This document shows, piece after piece, positions 38,001 through 59,271 of a stretch of DNA of 64,000 bases. The stretch's first letter is position 1, and each line of letters starts with the position of its first letter. Source of the stretch: Blasia pusilla (taxonomy: Eukaryota); the NCBI GenBank assembly GCA_050084515.1, contig CM114271.1, forward strand, positions 16,740,001 through 16,804,000, in the 5' to 3' direction. The position numbers were made by a program, and so were the translations under genes. The notes under the pieces are model-generated. The model was not told where the DNA came from, ran no database searches, and was given only the letters and a program-made list of their open reading frames with translations.

Positions 38001-41000
38001 AGGGGTTGCGCTCTCGAATCCAATAGGACACGTTGCGGACTAAAAACTCTACCTCCTGGACTTACCAAGTGGAAGACCTCTCCCCAGTTATCCAGCAACA
38101 CAACACTACGAGAAGCCATGGCATGCTCTATCAAGGGTCTAGCAGGCATCTCCGCCATCCTAGTAGTCGCGGCCTACCATGAATCTGGCGTGGACGGCCT
38201 GAGCATAATCTCCAAGGGCACATCCATCACCTTCTCTGCAATTACGCCTAAGTGTGACGCGGGAACACCAAGTCCACACTCACATAGCGTAGCGGCCAAC
38301 CCAAAACCTCGACGGGCATACCTCCCAATGTCATGACATCAGAGGCAGAAAATAAAGAAGAGCGGTACACAACAGTGGCCGCCCCCAACAACGGGCTCTA
38401 TACATGCTCCTCCTGAGCATCAAAAATAGGAGTCATCGCTCTTGCTTCTCCCATTGCCCTCCATGCCTACACACCAACAACATCACCAACTCTCCGGGAA
38501 CTCTGATCAAGACCCATTGATGGGATCCTCCTTGCCTCAGACAATATGAAAGATTGAGGAAGTCTAGTCTATTTCTTGGCTTCCCCTCGTTGGGGATCCA
38601 ACCCTACGGTTGTTCCACGCATAACAATTGCAACTGCCTCCATCTAGGCAACCCCGCACATCCAACCAAGATCCTCCATATCTCTGGCTGCTCCATAAGA
38701 CGTCGATGCCACGGATTTGGCATTGGGTAGCCTCAATGCCATAGCGGCAATTTGTTGCTGTAACTATAATCTGAGCAGCCATCCCAACCTCACGCCTAGC
38801 ATCTCCCTCATCACGTCTAGGTGGTGGGACTCTACCTCCTCCATAGGCAACTTCACCATCCCCTCGGGAAAATTCAGCTCCTCTTCCTCCAACGGGATCA
38901 CCTTGTGCACGACCTCTAAGCCCACCCGGACCGGCAACTTGCTGTGGTGCCCTCTCTGGCCCTCGATCCGGACATAACATGAGGTGTAAGCTAAAACACC
39001 TGGCGGATGTGTGACCGTACCTTTGACAATAGTCACACTAATAACTTCTTGGTGCAGCACCATCTCCTCCTCCATGTTGAGGCACGCGTCCATGACCCTG
39101 ACAAGTGCAATCGCGATGGTGATGGGCTCCACCACATGCCCAACAAATAATCATAGGCAATTGTTGCTGAGTCGTATATGAAGGCACAAGTCTATGTGGC
39201 ACAACCACCGAGTATCCTCTATGAGCTTCTGGTGCCACAGACCTATCTCAGAATACACGTTGCTCCAATGGTGGTGTAAGCAATCATGACTACTCTCGCC
39301 CAAAACTCATGGTGGCTACGCTCTCCTCCGCCATGTTGCGCTCAATATTCTTGGTGGTTCCTAAAAAAAACTCTCAACATAGGTGAGGCGTTCATAAGAA
39401 GCACCCCCTCCCGCACCCATGTCCGCAAGGTTCGGTCCAGGATCGCGTACCATGACTAGATAGTCCGGGACTGTATCATCCCCTGAGTGATGTTAATCAA
39501 TTGTTACAAGCGAGTGTAGGCCTAACGGAAACTCTCACCCGGGAACCTCTGAAAGTCGTGGATGCTCCGTAACTTCTCCGTCCGTACCCCCTAGTAGCTC
39601 GTCTGCAACTCAGCGAAGAACTCAACCACGAGGTTGAACCAGGGATGAACCCACCTAGACGGTGCAACTGCTCCAGTATGAGTTAACCCTCCTAAAACAT
39701 CACTGGAGGAAGAGGAAGTAGCCTCTCATGACTTCTCCTCCTCATCTGGTAACGGCTCTGTCCATGACACATAGTGTGGGTCATAGTAGAGTCGCCATAC
39801 CTCTATCTCTTGGGCATATCTGTGGGAGAAGTCATTGTAATCGTCCATGGGTGCCCCCTCTAGGTGCTGGAACATATCGTTCCATGTAAATGGGTTGAAC
39901 TCTCTATAGTTCTTAGCCCAAAATGATGCCGTGATGACTCTCGTGCCCCTCTGACGCGATCACTCTCAACCTCATGAGTTGTCAATCACTCAAACTAACA
40001 TGCGGCACTCAATCTACACTCTCTCTCACTGAGAAGTGTGTTGTGCGGCAACAAGCAGCGTGGTGCGGAAAATCAACTATTGTCCTATCATCTCATGACC
40101 AACACATACCCTTAACTTTGGACATCCCACACACGTCTATGTCCCCTAAACCCATACATCAACGATGCTCTTAGCATCTGCATGAAATCCAATATCCCAC
40201 ATAACTACCCAATATCTGAAATTTCCTAACATGTACAGGCAAAAGACCAGAATGGGTAAACTGGACAAATGTCGATCGCTCCTTAGTAAATGAAAAAATC
40301 CAACTCGATCATGATGAAAAAATCCTCCAATCAGCAAGTCGTACCCCTCTGGTACTGACGATGCTCAAATCTCCTCATTATGTGGTGCGAATCCAGCGAT
40401 ACGGTGCGGCAGTGGCGGCACGGAACGACTACAAAATGGCACGACACTCGATAATGGGATACGACACTCTACGGCATACCCTCCTCAATCAACAATACAC
40501 ACGCTCTACACCTTAGTGAAGGAGTGGCTCTGCGATCGAGACGATGCAATGCGGCCACAAGCGGCACGATGTGGAAATCGGCAGTGCGTTGCGGCTACGG
40601 GCGTCACGGCACGATACTCGATCATCGTCGAGCGGCTACCAATCACAACATAGCAGAATGAAATGAAAACTCTAACGCCATCAACCTGAGGTTACTTGCC
40701 ATCACTAGTTGATGACGAAACTTCGATGACGGCGGCAGCCACAACAAAGTACATGGTGGCGGCTCAAGTCAAAGAATCAATGGTCGTCGTGGAAGACCGT
40801 CTACTCCATAATGGCGGAAATGGAAATGGCAACCAACGGCGAACAACGGCCGAACGCGACTCTAAGCGGCGCTAGACGGCGGCGAGGGCCGACGGTCGAC
40901 GGCGGATGGCGGACAACGATGGCGGACCATCGACGGTGATGGTTAATCGTTGACTACGGACCATTGATGGTGACTATGACGACGACGGCCTCCACCGGTG

Positions 41001-41500
41001 CGGCGGCTAGTCTAGGGTTTGAACAATTTTATCCTAAAAATGGCCTAGCAATGGCAGTTTTGCAAGATCAACCATAACTTTTTGCTCACAGCTCAGAATT
41101 GCGCACCATCTTTCCATAACGTGCCCAACTTCAAGATCTACGACAACCTCTAAATTTTTTTTCATTCGACTTTTCCACAAAAATTGACGGGAACTGTCAC
41201 GTAGTCGTTCAAATCTGCACTCCTATGACAAAATCGGCATGGCTTCCGCGCTAATTTCTTCCACAAAAAATTTCAGACCTGTAAAATCACAAACCAGCAA
41301 GCTACTTGGTGCTCCCGAGCACTAGAATGGGAAAATCCACCCCCAAACTTCATCTCTAAAGAAATTTGGGCAGCGCTTCCGTGCGCCACTCTTCCACACA
41401 AAATCAACCAATTTTTTGTATGGAAGAGTGGCTACCTGTCCTCCACTACTTGCGAAGGCGCTCTAGTAGATCTCACAGATCTATCCTAAAAGACGTGACA
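32028..41500 (-). mobile_element. Second, more decayed MTase+PHD Gypsy element (copy 2, different subfamily)
   Basis: Same domain order: gag knuckle CWACGGAHHHRDC (~39140), protease RVLLDSRAQ (~38020), MTase, RT YYIDD (~35385), RH, integrase WSLDFSGP, PHD (~32965-33108). Repeats A 32028-32141, B 32142-32654, A' 32657-32784, short B' 41437-41500. Confidence 0.9.
36330..37320 (-). pseudogene. C5 DNA methyltransferase domain of copy 2 (disrupted)
   Basis: VLNLFGGISTS, AGWPC*G (37021-37050), ENV, GSRACRPPLWWTN, ERERVMGLP, RRHILVHAMD. Confidence 0.88.
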
Positions 41501-43319
41501 AGATATTTGTTTTAAGGAATTCCTTGCAAAATTAATTTAACACGAAATTTTTTTTGTTTTCCAATCAATCACTTAAAGTATGACATTTAATTTTTTGGGT
41601 TAGAAATATTTGATGATAAATTTTGGACCAAGAAAATGTGACAAGGAAAAATTTTATGAGATGTATGTCTAATTTGAGAAATTTCCTATGATAGTGATTT
41701 GACTTGAGAAAAAAATTGGGTGGATATTCCAAATTAAAATTTAACCTGACATGAATTCTTTTGGTTGGATATTTCTTATGAAAAAAATATGACTGAACAT
41801 TTTACGGTTGGGCGTTGAAGGGGGACTATTCTAGGGATAGATATTTGACACCCAATTTTATTGATTGAATATCTATAGCAAGGAAATGTGAAGTGAATCT
41901 TTTTCTGATCGAAACTTTGTTTGATTAGTACATAATTTTTCCAAATATTCGGATCCGTTTTAAAAATCTCAAAATCTCTTGATTTCTTCACAAATCATGA
42001 AGTTGGTATGAAAATTTGATCATTGATGTCTAATAGTTCATATGTCAAGTGCTAGTTTTGATCTGTCCATACTTTTAACTAGAGCACTGTAAGGATGCAA
42101 AACTACTTCATAACAAGTTAGTTTCAAATTCTCTGATTTTTACACAAAAGAAAAATTCCTCTTGCTCATTAATTTGAGTTGCTTTAAAGTTGAAAGGAAA
42201 AGTGACCCCCCAAAGAATCAAAATAAACTTTCAAATTATGAAATAAATGGAAAAGTCCCAATAATTCGGGTTGGAATTCTTTGAGAGCTAAATTCATAAA
42301 AGCCTAATAAATAAAACATACATCAGATCCTTTGGAAAATACAGCCATTCATTCCTACAGGTTTCTTCCATTTCAATTTTTTTTCCTTTGTTACCATTAT
42401 TATGCACTTGGGTGGAAAGATGGAAAAAGATATGGTAGAGAAAAAGAAAAGGCAATGAAAAAAATCTAATGACATAGTAAGTATATAAAATTTTGGTAAG
42501 GAAAAATGGAAAGAATAAAATGAGGAATTTTTTCCCACATATGAGTATGAAGAAAATTACGAAAGTGTTTGGCTAGATCAAGTGACAATTCTAAGTGAAA
42601 ATTTCTAATTAGAATATTTCTAGAATATGTTCTAATATGTATTTCAAGAAACTATTTTTACTTACAATTTCTAGAGTCCATCCTACACTTGAAATTCCTC
42701 AAATTATTTCCATCCATGAAAATATAATACATGTATATTTTTGCAATTTCAAGTATCTCGTCCAATAAAGTTTGATTATGGAAAATCTTTGGGTTCTGAT
42801 TTTTAATTCTTGTTTTTTGTAATAGCCAAGATTAATGCTGTAATTTATGTTAAAGTAAATACCAAATTTACTTTAACAAAAATTTTCAGTATTTTCTTCA
42901 TTAAAAATATTATTTCTTGAATTTTAGGACTGTTAAAATTTTTTATTTCTTATTTCTCGTGCATGGACCATCAAACTTATCATAAATAATCAAGGAAATT
43001 TTTTCGCATATTTTGGAGCGTCTCAAAAAATTCATTAAAAAATGAGGTTTTCTCTTTAATTTATAAAAATTTCCCAAAAAAGGATGGACAAGATATTTAG
43101 TAGGCTAAAAATAGTCTACCCAGAATAAAACAACTAGTCGATTGATCCTTGATAAAATAATTTATGCGAAAAATATATATATTCTATTATTGGTATTTTT
43201 AATTTTTGATAAAGGTCTCAAATAATGCCACATGGCAAGGCTTTATCCTTATAATTCACAAATTTGACAAAGGATTGCTTCAATTAAAAAAAAGTTCATT
43301 TTTTCTGGTTGAATTATAT

Positions 43320-43930
43320 CGTAAGATCTACAAGCTATCTGCAAATGTATGATCTTATTAGTGGTGTGATCAATAATGACATAAGTTGTAGGAGACACGA
43401 TAACTACAACTTATACCATTGGATGCTGACGACATTGAATGTGATGGCGCAATGCACTATTTTACGAGTACAAGAGGTTTTACCTTCAAAAGTCCTTGTT
43501 TTATAGGGTCATGATGGTATGATTTGGAAAGATTCTATGCTTAATGTTTCACTCTATCATCTTCCAAACATTGATAGGAGTGTTGATCCAATGATTCATG
43601 TGAGTTGGAGATGCATATTGTGTGGGGTTGCTACAGGAGCAACCATAATGCTAGTATATGATGAGTTTTTTCAAGGATGGCATGTGTTGTGTTTAATGCC
43701 AACTCAAGAATGGTTCCTTCGGGATGTTGGGTTTTATTTCTAGATGTAGCTAGGCTTGATAGATGGATTACGAAACGATTTATGATATTATGGATTGCAA
43801 AAAGGTGCTTTACAATGGGGTGATTTAGCATCCAACCTCTTGATCTTAAAACCAAAAAGATACATAGCATTTATATTCATGTCGTAGGCTATTTGGGATT
43901 AGAGGAACCTAATCACCAGCTAGGGGGGTG
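43320..43930 (+). mobile_element. Degraded integrase C-terminus + PHD + PPT of the same family
   Basis: TTLNVMAQCTILRVQEVLP, MIWKD, CILCGVATGATIMLVYDEFFQGWHVLC; ctaggggggtg PPT at ~43920. Confidence 0.75.
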
Positions 43931-44728
43931 ATTAGGATGTGCCCTTATCTATCCTTCAAGTACAGATGTCATAGGATTAATAGTTAGATAGATCTTAGAC
44001 TTGAGCACATGACAAACATTGTATGTTGGCAACAATGGGTATTTGTATGATAACTCTCATTGTAAATAGGACACAATGTTAGATAATATCCACATCTTAG
44101 AGGGATTCCTTTATATCCCTATTTAGAGGGGTAAAATGTGACTTATTCTTATGTGATGATCTATGTGTATAGGTCATCATCCTTTAGAAGTGTCATGTGG
44201 TAGTTCATTGAGCTTTCGCTTTGCATGGTGCTACTTACTACTTAGGCTAGTAGTACAACATTTGATTGGTAATTCATGGACTCTTGCAAATAATTAGTGA
44301 TGCAAGGATCATAATGGAGAGGAATTTTGGAAGAATATTTATTCCATTTATCCCTTCTATTTGCATATGATTATCATGGTTGGGCATTTAATTTGGGAAG
44401 ATATAAAATTTCCTATCATCTATTTTAGGATATCTCAACGAGATCTAGTAGACTGCCTTCGGAGAAACTAGAGGAAAGTTTCAAGAGGTTGAGAATGACC
44501 TATTGAGGCCACGGGTAACATAAGAGAGCAAGTTTCCCCTTCGTTTCGGCTCATTCGGAGCCATATAGAGAAACTTACTATTTTGAGTAAGTTTTGATAT
44601 TGAGTATAGTTGACTTTCCACTTGGGGAAGTGATCCTTGAACGGATAAAATAGGTCAAAAGCCAAGGAGGTGATTTGCGAGCATATGTTACCATTGAGAG
44701 AATTTGGGAGAGGGAAGGGGGTATACCT

Positions 44729-44846
<118 letters not shown>

Positions 44847-44951
44847 AGAGCTCATTCTCTCTTTGTTGAACCTCTTGGCATGAGGGGACGGAGCTATGAT
44901 CCTCCTTGCCTTGTGTGTGTAATCCGAGCCTCTCACTAGGAGAGTGGGTTT

Positions 44952-44955
<4 letters not shown>

Positions 44956-45022
<67 letters not shown>
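44956..45022. repeat. (GA)n microsatellite, ~66 bp
   Basis: Uninterrupted GA dinucleotide run. Confidence 0.98.
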
Positions 45023-45024
<2 letters not shown>

Positions 45025-48000
45025 GTGTGTGCACCATGGAGAACTTGTGTGAGATCTACTTGATGTACAAAGAGATAATGAGCTCTCAAACTCATTCTTT
45101 GAAGAATTTACCATTGGAGATATTTTGGTATTTCTAATCTCGATGTTTGGATGCCATGAGTTAGCATGTGATCGTGTGTGTTTGTGTGTATGTTCGATGA
45201 CAATGATGTATGTTGTGTAGCGATGTATATACGCATAACATTCTGTTTGGTTGGCTTCTACTATGACTATCAATAAGTTTTATGTAAAAAAGATATAACT
45301 AAATTAGATGAGAAGGAAGGCTTCTTCCACCAATGCAGTGCACGGGCACCGACGAGTGTTACCTTATCCCAACAAGGAACAAGAGTTTTCATCCAGAGAA
45401 TGTTGGAAAGTGATGTTTCTCTCCATGTCGAAAACTAAATGTTGTAACCCACAATGCTGTTTATGAAAAAGAAACTTAAATACAAAAATTTCGTATAAAT
45501 ATAATAGCATAATACCCATGCTATGCACATGTGAAGATTTCTTGGCATATGTTAAATTTCGACATGTTGCTATAATCATTCCTTTAATCTAACACATGTC
45601 TAATCTAACATCGGAAGAGAGATTAGAGAAGACATGCGTCAACGCGGGAGGAAGGTTTTTTAACTATGTAGATAACACCAAAACACTTTGCAAAGTAGGG
45701 CACGGTGCCTCTAATTTCTGAAGTTAGTACAGAGTGAACAGGGACGGCAGCAATAGATTTATTTAAAATAAAATAGAATAAAAGAAAAATTTTAATCCGT
45801 TTCGGAGAGGACGGCAGAGACTTGTGCTGTGATTCGTCGTTTGCTACGAGGAGCAGCGATGAATCCCCGACTTTGAACTTCGAAGTTTGAAGGTAAAAAA
45901 GAAGAAGACCGCGTTCGTACCAACCCCATCCGGAACGGAAAGCATGGGACGGTACGTCGTAGGCGAACCAGGACGTCAGGCGCTTGTTGGAAAACTGTCG
46001 TTTTCGGACATCGTCACCGTTAGATGGGACATCGTAGGTCGGGGAAAGCTGCTGCCGCTGGTGTGCTCCCAAGTGTACCGGACGTATAATTCTGTGGGAA
46101 ACGCCGTCCGGGTGTCGCAGGGGGAGGGGAGGGACAAGTAGTCGTGCGAGACGGCTCGTGTCCGGGCGGACGAGCCGGTGGTAAGAGGGCGAAACGCGGA
46201 CAGATGTCCAGAAGCAGAGGGCGAAGGTTCGGGTTTTTCTAGACTTCCAGTCGTGCGCGCACACGCACGAGGACCTGTTACCGTCCGTCAACGTGGAGTC
46301 GCTGCGGTGCTGCTCGTGGGGAGATTTCAGTCGACCGAAGACGAGCCGTCCGATGGAGTATCGGACGTCGCTCACGCCGGCATCTGTCGCGGGGAGCCGA
46401 AGGCCCGCTGGCGTACGCCATCGCAACGGCAGTCACACGCGCCGTCGGCCCCTGACGACGCGTCTCTCGTCCGTGACCCGTCAACGGTACCTGCGGTCGG
46501 GACCGTCGGGGCTCCCGCTGCGACCGGCCCGCGGGAGCCCGACGTGGCGCGCGACGGTGGGGGTCAGCGCGAAGCGAAGCTCCTACCTCATTCCCCGTCG
46601 GATCTGCTGCAGGGGAGCGGCAGAGGAGAGGGCAGAGGAGACAGAGAGAGAGGGAGCCAGAGGATGAAGAGACACTGGTGTTGCTGCCACAGTTGGCGAC
46701 TCGAGGGGAAGGACAAAATCGTTGAGGAGGGAGGCGGATCTGGTGAGGGGAGGCGGAGCGGTGACATCAATTGTAGGCATGCGGAGTTGTTTATTACGAC
46801 AGGAGGAGGAGGAGGAGTAGAAATTCGGGAACGGAAGGTGTCGTGGTAGCGTAGCAGTAGCTGTAATATATGTAGGTTTGGGGAGGGAGTTCTGTGAGGA
46901 GGTGGACAGTACGGATTTCGAATTTCGTCGATTTTGAGGTCGGAAATAGGAGCTGTGGACTTGGAATGGCTGCACGTGGTTTGGGAGTAGCGCGGAGGTC
47001 TTTGGATTGCCGTCACGTTTTGTGATGGGATTTAGGATCGGTTCGTGCAGACCCGTGGAACTGGAAATTGTAGTTTTTGAGAGAGGCTCAGAGAGGATCC
47101 GGGGAGCTGGATGAGTGTGGGGAACTGAATAGAGCTGTAGTAAGAGTTAGAGACTTTTTCAAGGAGCTTGTGGCTCGAATGTCACTGTTCTCTGTTAGAT
47201 TTGCGGTGGCTATTTAGGTTTGATTGCTCTGTGCGCAGAGCGCGTAGGCGCGGATCGCCGGGACAGTGTTTAGGCGCCGGTGACATACCGGTGATTTTTT
47301 CCACCGATTCGTGCACTGCCGAAGTGGTTGCCATGATTCTTCTTGGGTATACCCTCCTACTTGTGATACAAAGTGCATGAGAGCCTCATATGTACCACTT
47401 GTCACCGGTTGGCCTCCCGTAATTTAACGTTACAATAGAAGTTGTCATACGAGGACGGTGTTCGTGTTGCAGACTCCCTACGTGGTTTATCTTATTTCTC
47501 TCGCGGTTTCCTAATTCCGTCTGAATTTTGTGTCGCCTCTTAGCTACTATTTTTCTTCAGTGTTTGCCGCTTGAGAAATCTGAGGGAGCGGAAAGTTTCT
47601 AAGACCTCCAAAGTAAACACTCGTACTTGGAATTTGCAGCTCTGATCACCCTACTTCTCACGATAGACCCTTCTCCTTACCGGACTTATTTGAAAGCTAA
47701 AAAATCTTCGGCGACATCCCGACATTTCGCATGTCTACAAGGTCATTTTGAGCACTTCAGCATTGATCGACGTGGGACGAAGACGTGGTTGAAAGCGGAC
47801 AGTTTTTTTTCGGGTAATGCACGGCCTTTTTGTGGACATTTTTTGTGAGCCTTGCGTTTCAGCTGTGGGCGATTCATGCTTGTGTTTTCCGGATGTTGCT
47901 GGACCAATTCCGTAAATGCGGAAGAGATCGATGGACTTCTTCGCTGGCCCAAAACTGCCGTTGCAGGTTGCGTATGGGTGTGTTACTTGAGCTTACAATT

Positions 48001-48261
48001 CCTACAGAAAATCGTCCTATAAATTAGTCTATGTAATTTCCGGAACTTCATTTTTCTTCCCGTAGGAGTATTTTTTATCCTTCCACATTGAGCAGCTCGT
48101 TAGCGAGTAGCCCCGGATCGTTGAAGATCGCAATTTGAGGGTGGGAACATAAGCTGATTTTTTCAAAAGGAGATGAAGCTGCGACATCGACCGAAGTGGG
48201 AGTTGGAAACTGATTATTGAAACCAATTGGATACTACACGTCACATAGAGTAAGCTACACC

Positions 48262-55533
<7,272 letters not shown>

Positions 55534-58500
55534 GAATGAAAAGATGGAGGGATTTTCATGGTAAAAACTGGAGTATTAAACGACTGTGAAGTCATGGTGG
55601 AACAGATGTGCACACTCCGGGTCTGCGTCGGCAGAATTCCCTACAAGCTCTACTTTCTTGAACTATCTATGAGCTATGTGGAGGCTACTACCCGTGAAAA
55701 ACTTGTAGTTCCAGTCTGGTGGATTATAGTGGGCGATCTGTTGCTATTTCAAAGCAAAAGAGACGAGACCTTCTATACTCTCCACCCTGTGTCTAGTGGT
55801 GGTTGAGAGGAAGGTGCTAGGGCTGTGAAAGATGCGAAGAGTTTCACCTACGACGGCGGAGTGTCTCATCTTTATGGGACAAGCCGGATACAGGGTGTGA
55901 AGTGTTTACCAGAGCCAGCAGGTCCTTTGCAAGGATCGAATATATCCTTGTTTGATAATTGATGTTCCAAAGCGTAAGCAAAGAGAACTCAACCTCAGAT
56001 GCGATTGTCATCGTAGAACATATGACATGAGTGGCTCAGCAGGAGAGCAAAGTAGATCCCAAAGGTTTGTACTTTACGGACAGTCAAATGGAAAAATGAG
56101 AAATAATGTGAATGGCTAGTATGCGGATATTTATTATTGAGACCATGCATGGACAAGACATAGAGCGGAAAGGGGACTTGTATATGATGATGGAGTAACT
56201 TTTTCTTCTGATATTGCCCAACTTTCATCTTTGTTCTCTTAACTTTCCTTACAATTTAGAACTGCTAGATAATTGGAGACACTGACTTTAGTGGTCTCTA
56301 TAGGCAGGTTTACCGGTTTTAGAGAAAGCTCGAGCCTGAGATCACACAAGATAATAAAGTACTGGGGTACATATTCCTGACGGGTACCGCACAGCTGAAA
56401 ACATTGAAACGCATAGACTATCAATTCCTTGTCCAGTCTCTTGTACTTGTACATTAAGAAAATGACCAATGTAACAAGTCTGGTTTGAAGGTCTTGTTCA
56501 CAGTGTATCGATCCATACATCTTTTTGGATGTGAATATCTTCACCCATGTTTCTATATTCGACTTTGCATTCAACTTAATTGCTGTGTTTATCACAGCTG
56601 CTGCAGGGGTGAAATTTCTTGTATTTCAGTGATTGTTATGGATATAGGTCGGCTGTTGCCCAAATTATTTGCTCCTTTTCTTAGTTTCCAAGTGACAGAC
56701 ATCTTACCTTCAGTGGCGTCTCACCAGGACGGACTGAAATTTTGTGTCTATTACAATGGAAGGCTGGAATAGAAGCTTCTTGTAAATAGATTCTCGAAAG
56801 TGAAGGGTATTCCAGAAAATGACCACACTAATGAATCAATACACTCCCTCAATCTAGAAGAGTTTAGATTGTTTTGACATAGGCTTGTAGAGCTTTCAAG
56901 ATTTTCTTAAAGAAACTGTTGGCTACAGGCTTTCTGTCACAGATTACTCCACTTGAAACCTCGGGTGACCTGCCATGGTTGTCGTTTGCCTATGCATAAC
57001 ATGTGCCTTCACTTGGGGCAAAATTTGCCATCACCACCTAAAGATCTCTGCCCACAATCATGCCTCACATTCTCACCACCAATCTTTTCTCAGCAATGGA
57101 GGTTTGGTGCAGTGAAAGTTTCCTCTCAGCCCCTAATGAAGATCACATACCTCCTCAGAAAAACCTAGGGCACCAGATTTCATAATGTAGCAAACGATTC
57201 TTGAATTAAGGAAAACAAGACCTGAATAAAAGTAGATTGGGGAATCCATCGTGGTTAAAAAAAGGGGGACTCGAAAATTTGAATATAGTTGAGACTACAC
57301 ATTAAGGGTAAAGAAAAAGGGGGAGCCCCTACAAGCTAAACTCTCAAGAATGAAGCAATATCATTCTACCTTAAGAGGGTAGAATGAATACTACTACCAT
57401 TAAGAGGGCTTCCAATAGTGGCATCTCTCGTGACCGAGCTTGCCTCATAAGCCCATTAAGAGGGCTTCTAATAGTGGCATCTCTCGTGCCTCATAAGCCC
57501 ATTGCAAAGCTCGAAGCAATGGTGTGCAAGTAATTAATTGTTAACTTGGTGTGGGATGTCCCCCTAATACTCGTGGAGCTAGGTCATTGCCAGGTCCCAT
57601 CTACTTGTACTCACGTTAACGTTGGAATAAAATGCACGTAGATGGGGTGGGTTTGTAGCCTAGTTTGACATAGACTACTTTTCTGGTGCAAATTTTAAAG
57701 AGTTTAACAAAAGAAGAATCTTGCCCTTTATCCAATGACCCTCATCCAAGAACTCTTATCATGAATCTTTCAATTCTTTCCTTGTCCATCATAAGGGTAT
57801 TCTTATCTAGTTTTAATTGTTCGCCTTAGAATACCATGGTGACACAATGTTGAAAATAAAGAATATCAATGGAGAACCATATAATACAAGAAGGTGGAAC
57901 TTGATGGTCCTTGAGGGAATAATGAGCATGTGTTTTGAGGAAAATATGAGAAGATGCATATGGTCTGGGTCGCGACCGCTAACACATGAAACATTCAAAC
58001 TTGCTTGTGTCTCACATCTCATGTCTCCTCCAAGGCACATCCATCCTAGTGTGAGCTTACTAGAGTCATAATGTCCCTACATTAGGGATGAAACTCCAAA
58101 AGACACGGATTCCTTTTTTACTAGCAATCCTATCCTTGCATCGACGCACGTTTGGTTATGAGGCTCGTGACAAATGAGGGTGTGTTTTGGGGAAAGTATG
58201 AGAAGATGCATGAAAGTGCTCAAAAACTTCCATTGCAAAATTGATAAAAAGATTCGTCATATGTCTCGCCTCATAATCGACTCCTAGGGTCTTATTTTGC
58301 CATAAAATTTTCTTGCATATATAGCTCTACATCAAATGTGGACCACATCACTCCAATTAAGAAAACCAGCTCATAGACATAATTAGATATGCTTGCCCAT
58401 CTAAAAACAAACCTGAGTCACCAACAATCTTAGTATTAAAAAAAATGATGTAAAAAAATTTATATTATTATTAGAAAATGATTTTTTGATTTGTAAATAC

Positions 58501-59221
58501 TTCTTCGTTGGTAAGAAAATGTTTCACATGTCATAGACAAACCAAAAAAAGAAGAATTTGTGTATTATATTTTTATTCCTTTCATTATTTCTTATAATTA
58601 TTTCTAATCTCCGCGAGTACCTTAATAGAGATTTAAAAATTCAAAATTAGCTCAATTACCTACCCATAAATACCACTCCCGATGAAAAATCCGAACTTTG
58701 AAACGCCGGAGGAATGACACGTGGCGTGCGTGGGCGTGCGGTGTGTCTCTCTCTCGCGAAAAGAAACGAGCGTTCCCATATCTTTCCCATCTCTCTCTCC
58801 CTCGCGCAGCGCCAATAGCATGCGCCCGCCCGAATGATGGAGAAAGAAAGAGAATCAATCTCACAAACCGCAAAGAGAGAGAGAGAGAAGAATCGCGTTC
58901 GCTCATGGAACGACAGAGAGAGATGTAATGCGGAGGAGGAGGTCCAACAGAATTGAGAAGAAGAAAGAAAAAAGTACAGAGAGAGCGAGAGAGAAGAGAA
59001 TCGAGAGACATCCAATTGAATTGAGAATAAGAAAGAGAGAGAGAGAGAGATTGAATTGAGAGAGTGAGCTAGCGAGCGGGACAGAAGCTCCCACTGAGAG
59101 AGAGAGAGGGAGAGAGGAGAGGAGAAGAGAAGAGAAGCGCTTGCGCACAGAAACGCCTTCTCAGAAAGAGATTGAGCTGAAAGAGAGCGAGTGAGCGAGC
59201 GACACAGAAGCTCACACTCAC

Positions 59222-59225
<4 letters not shown>

Positions 59226-59265
<40 letters not shown>
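59226..59265. repeat. (GA)n tract directly upstream of the start codon
   Basis: GA run abutting the ATG at 59266, within a GA-rich 5' region (58860-59265). Confidence 0.95.

Positions 59266-59271
<6 letters not shown>

Noticed and set aside
57398-57502. Short direct duplication (ccattaagagggctt...gcatctctcgtg) resembling a repeat-spacer unit
   Set aside because: Only two copies in eukaryotic intergenic DNA; a simple tandem duplication, not CRISPR.
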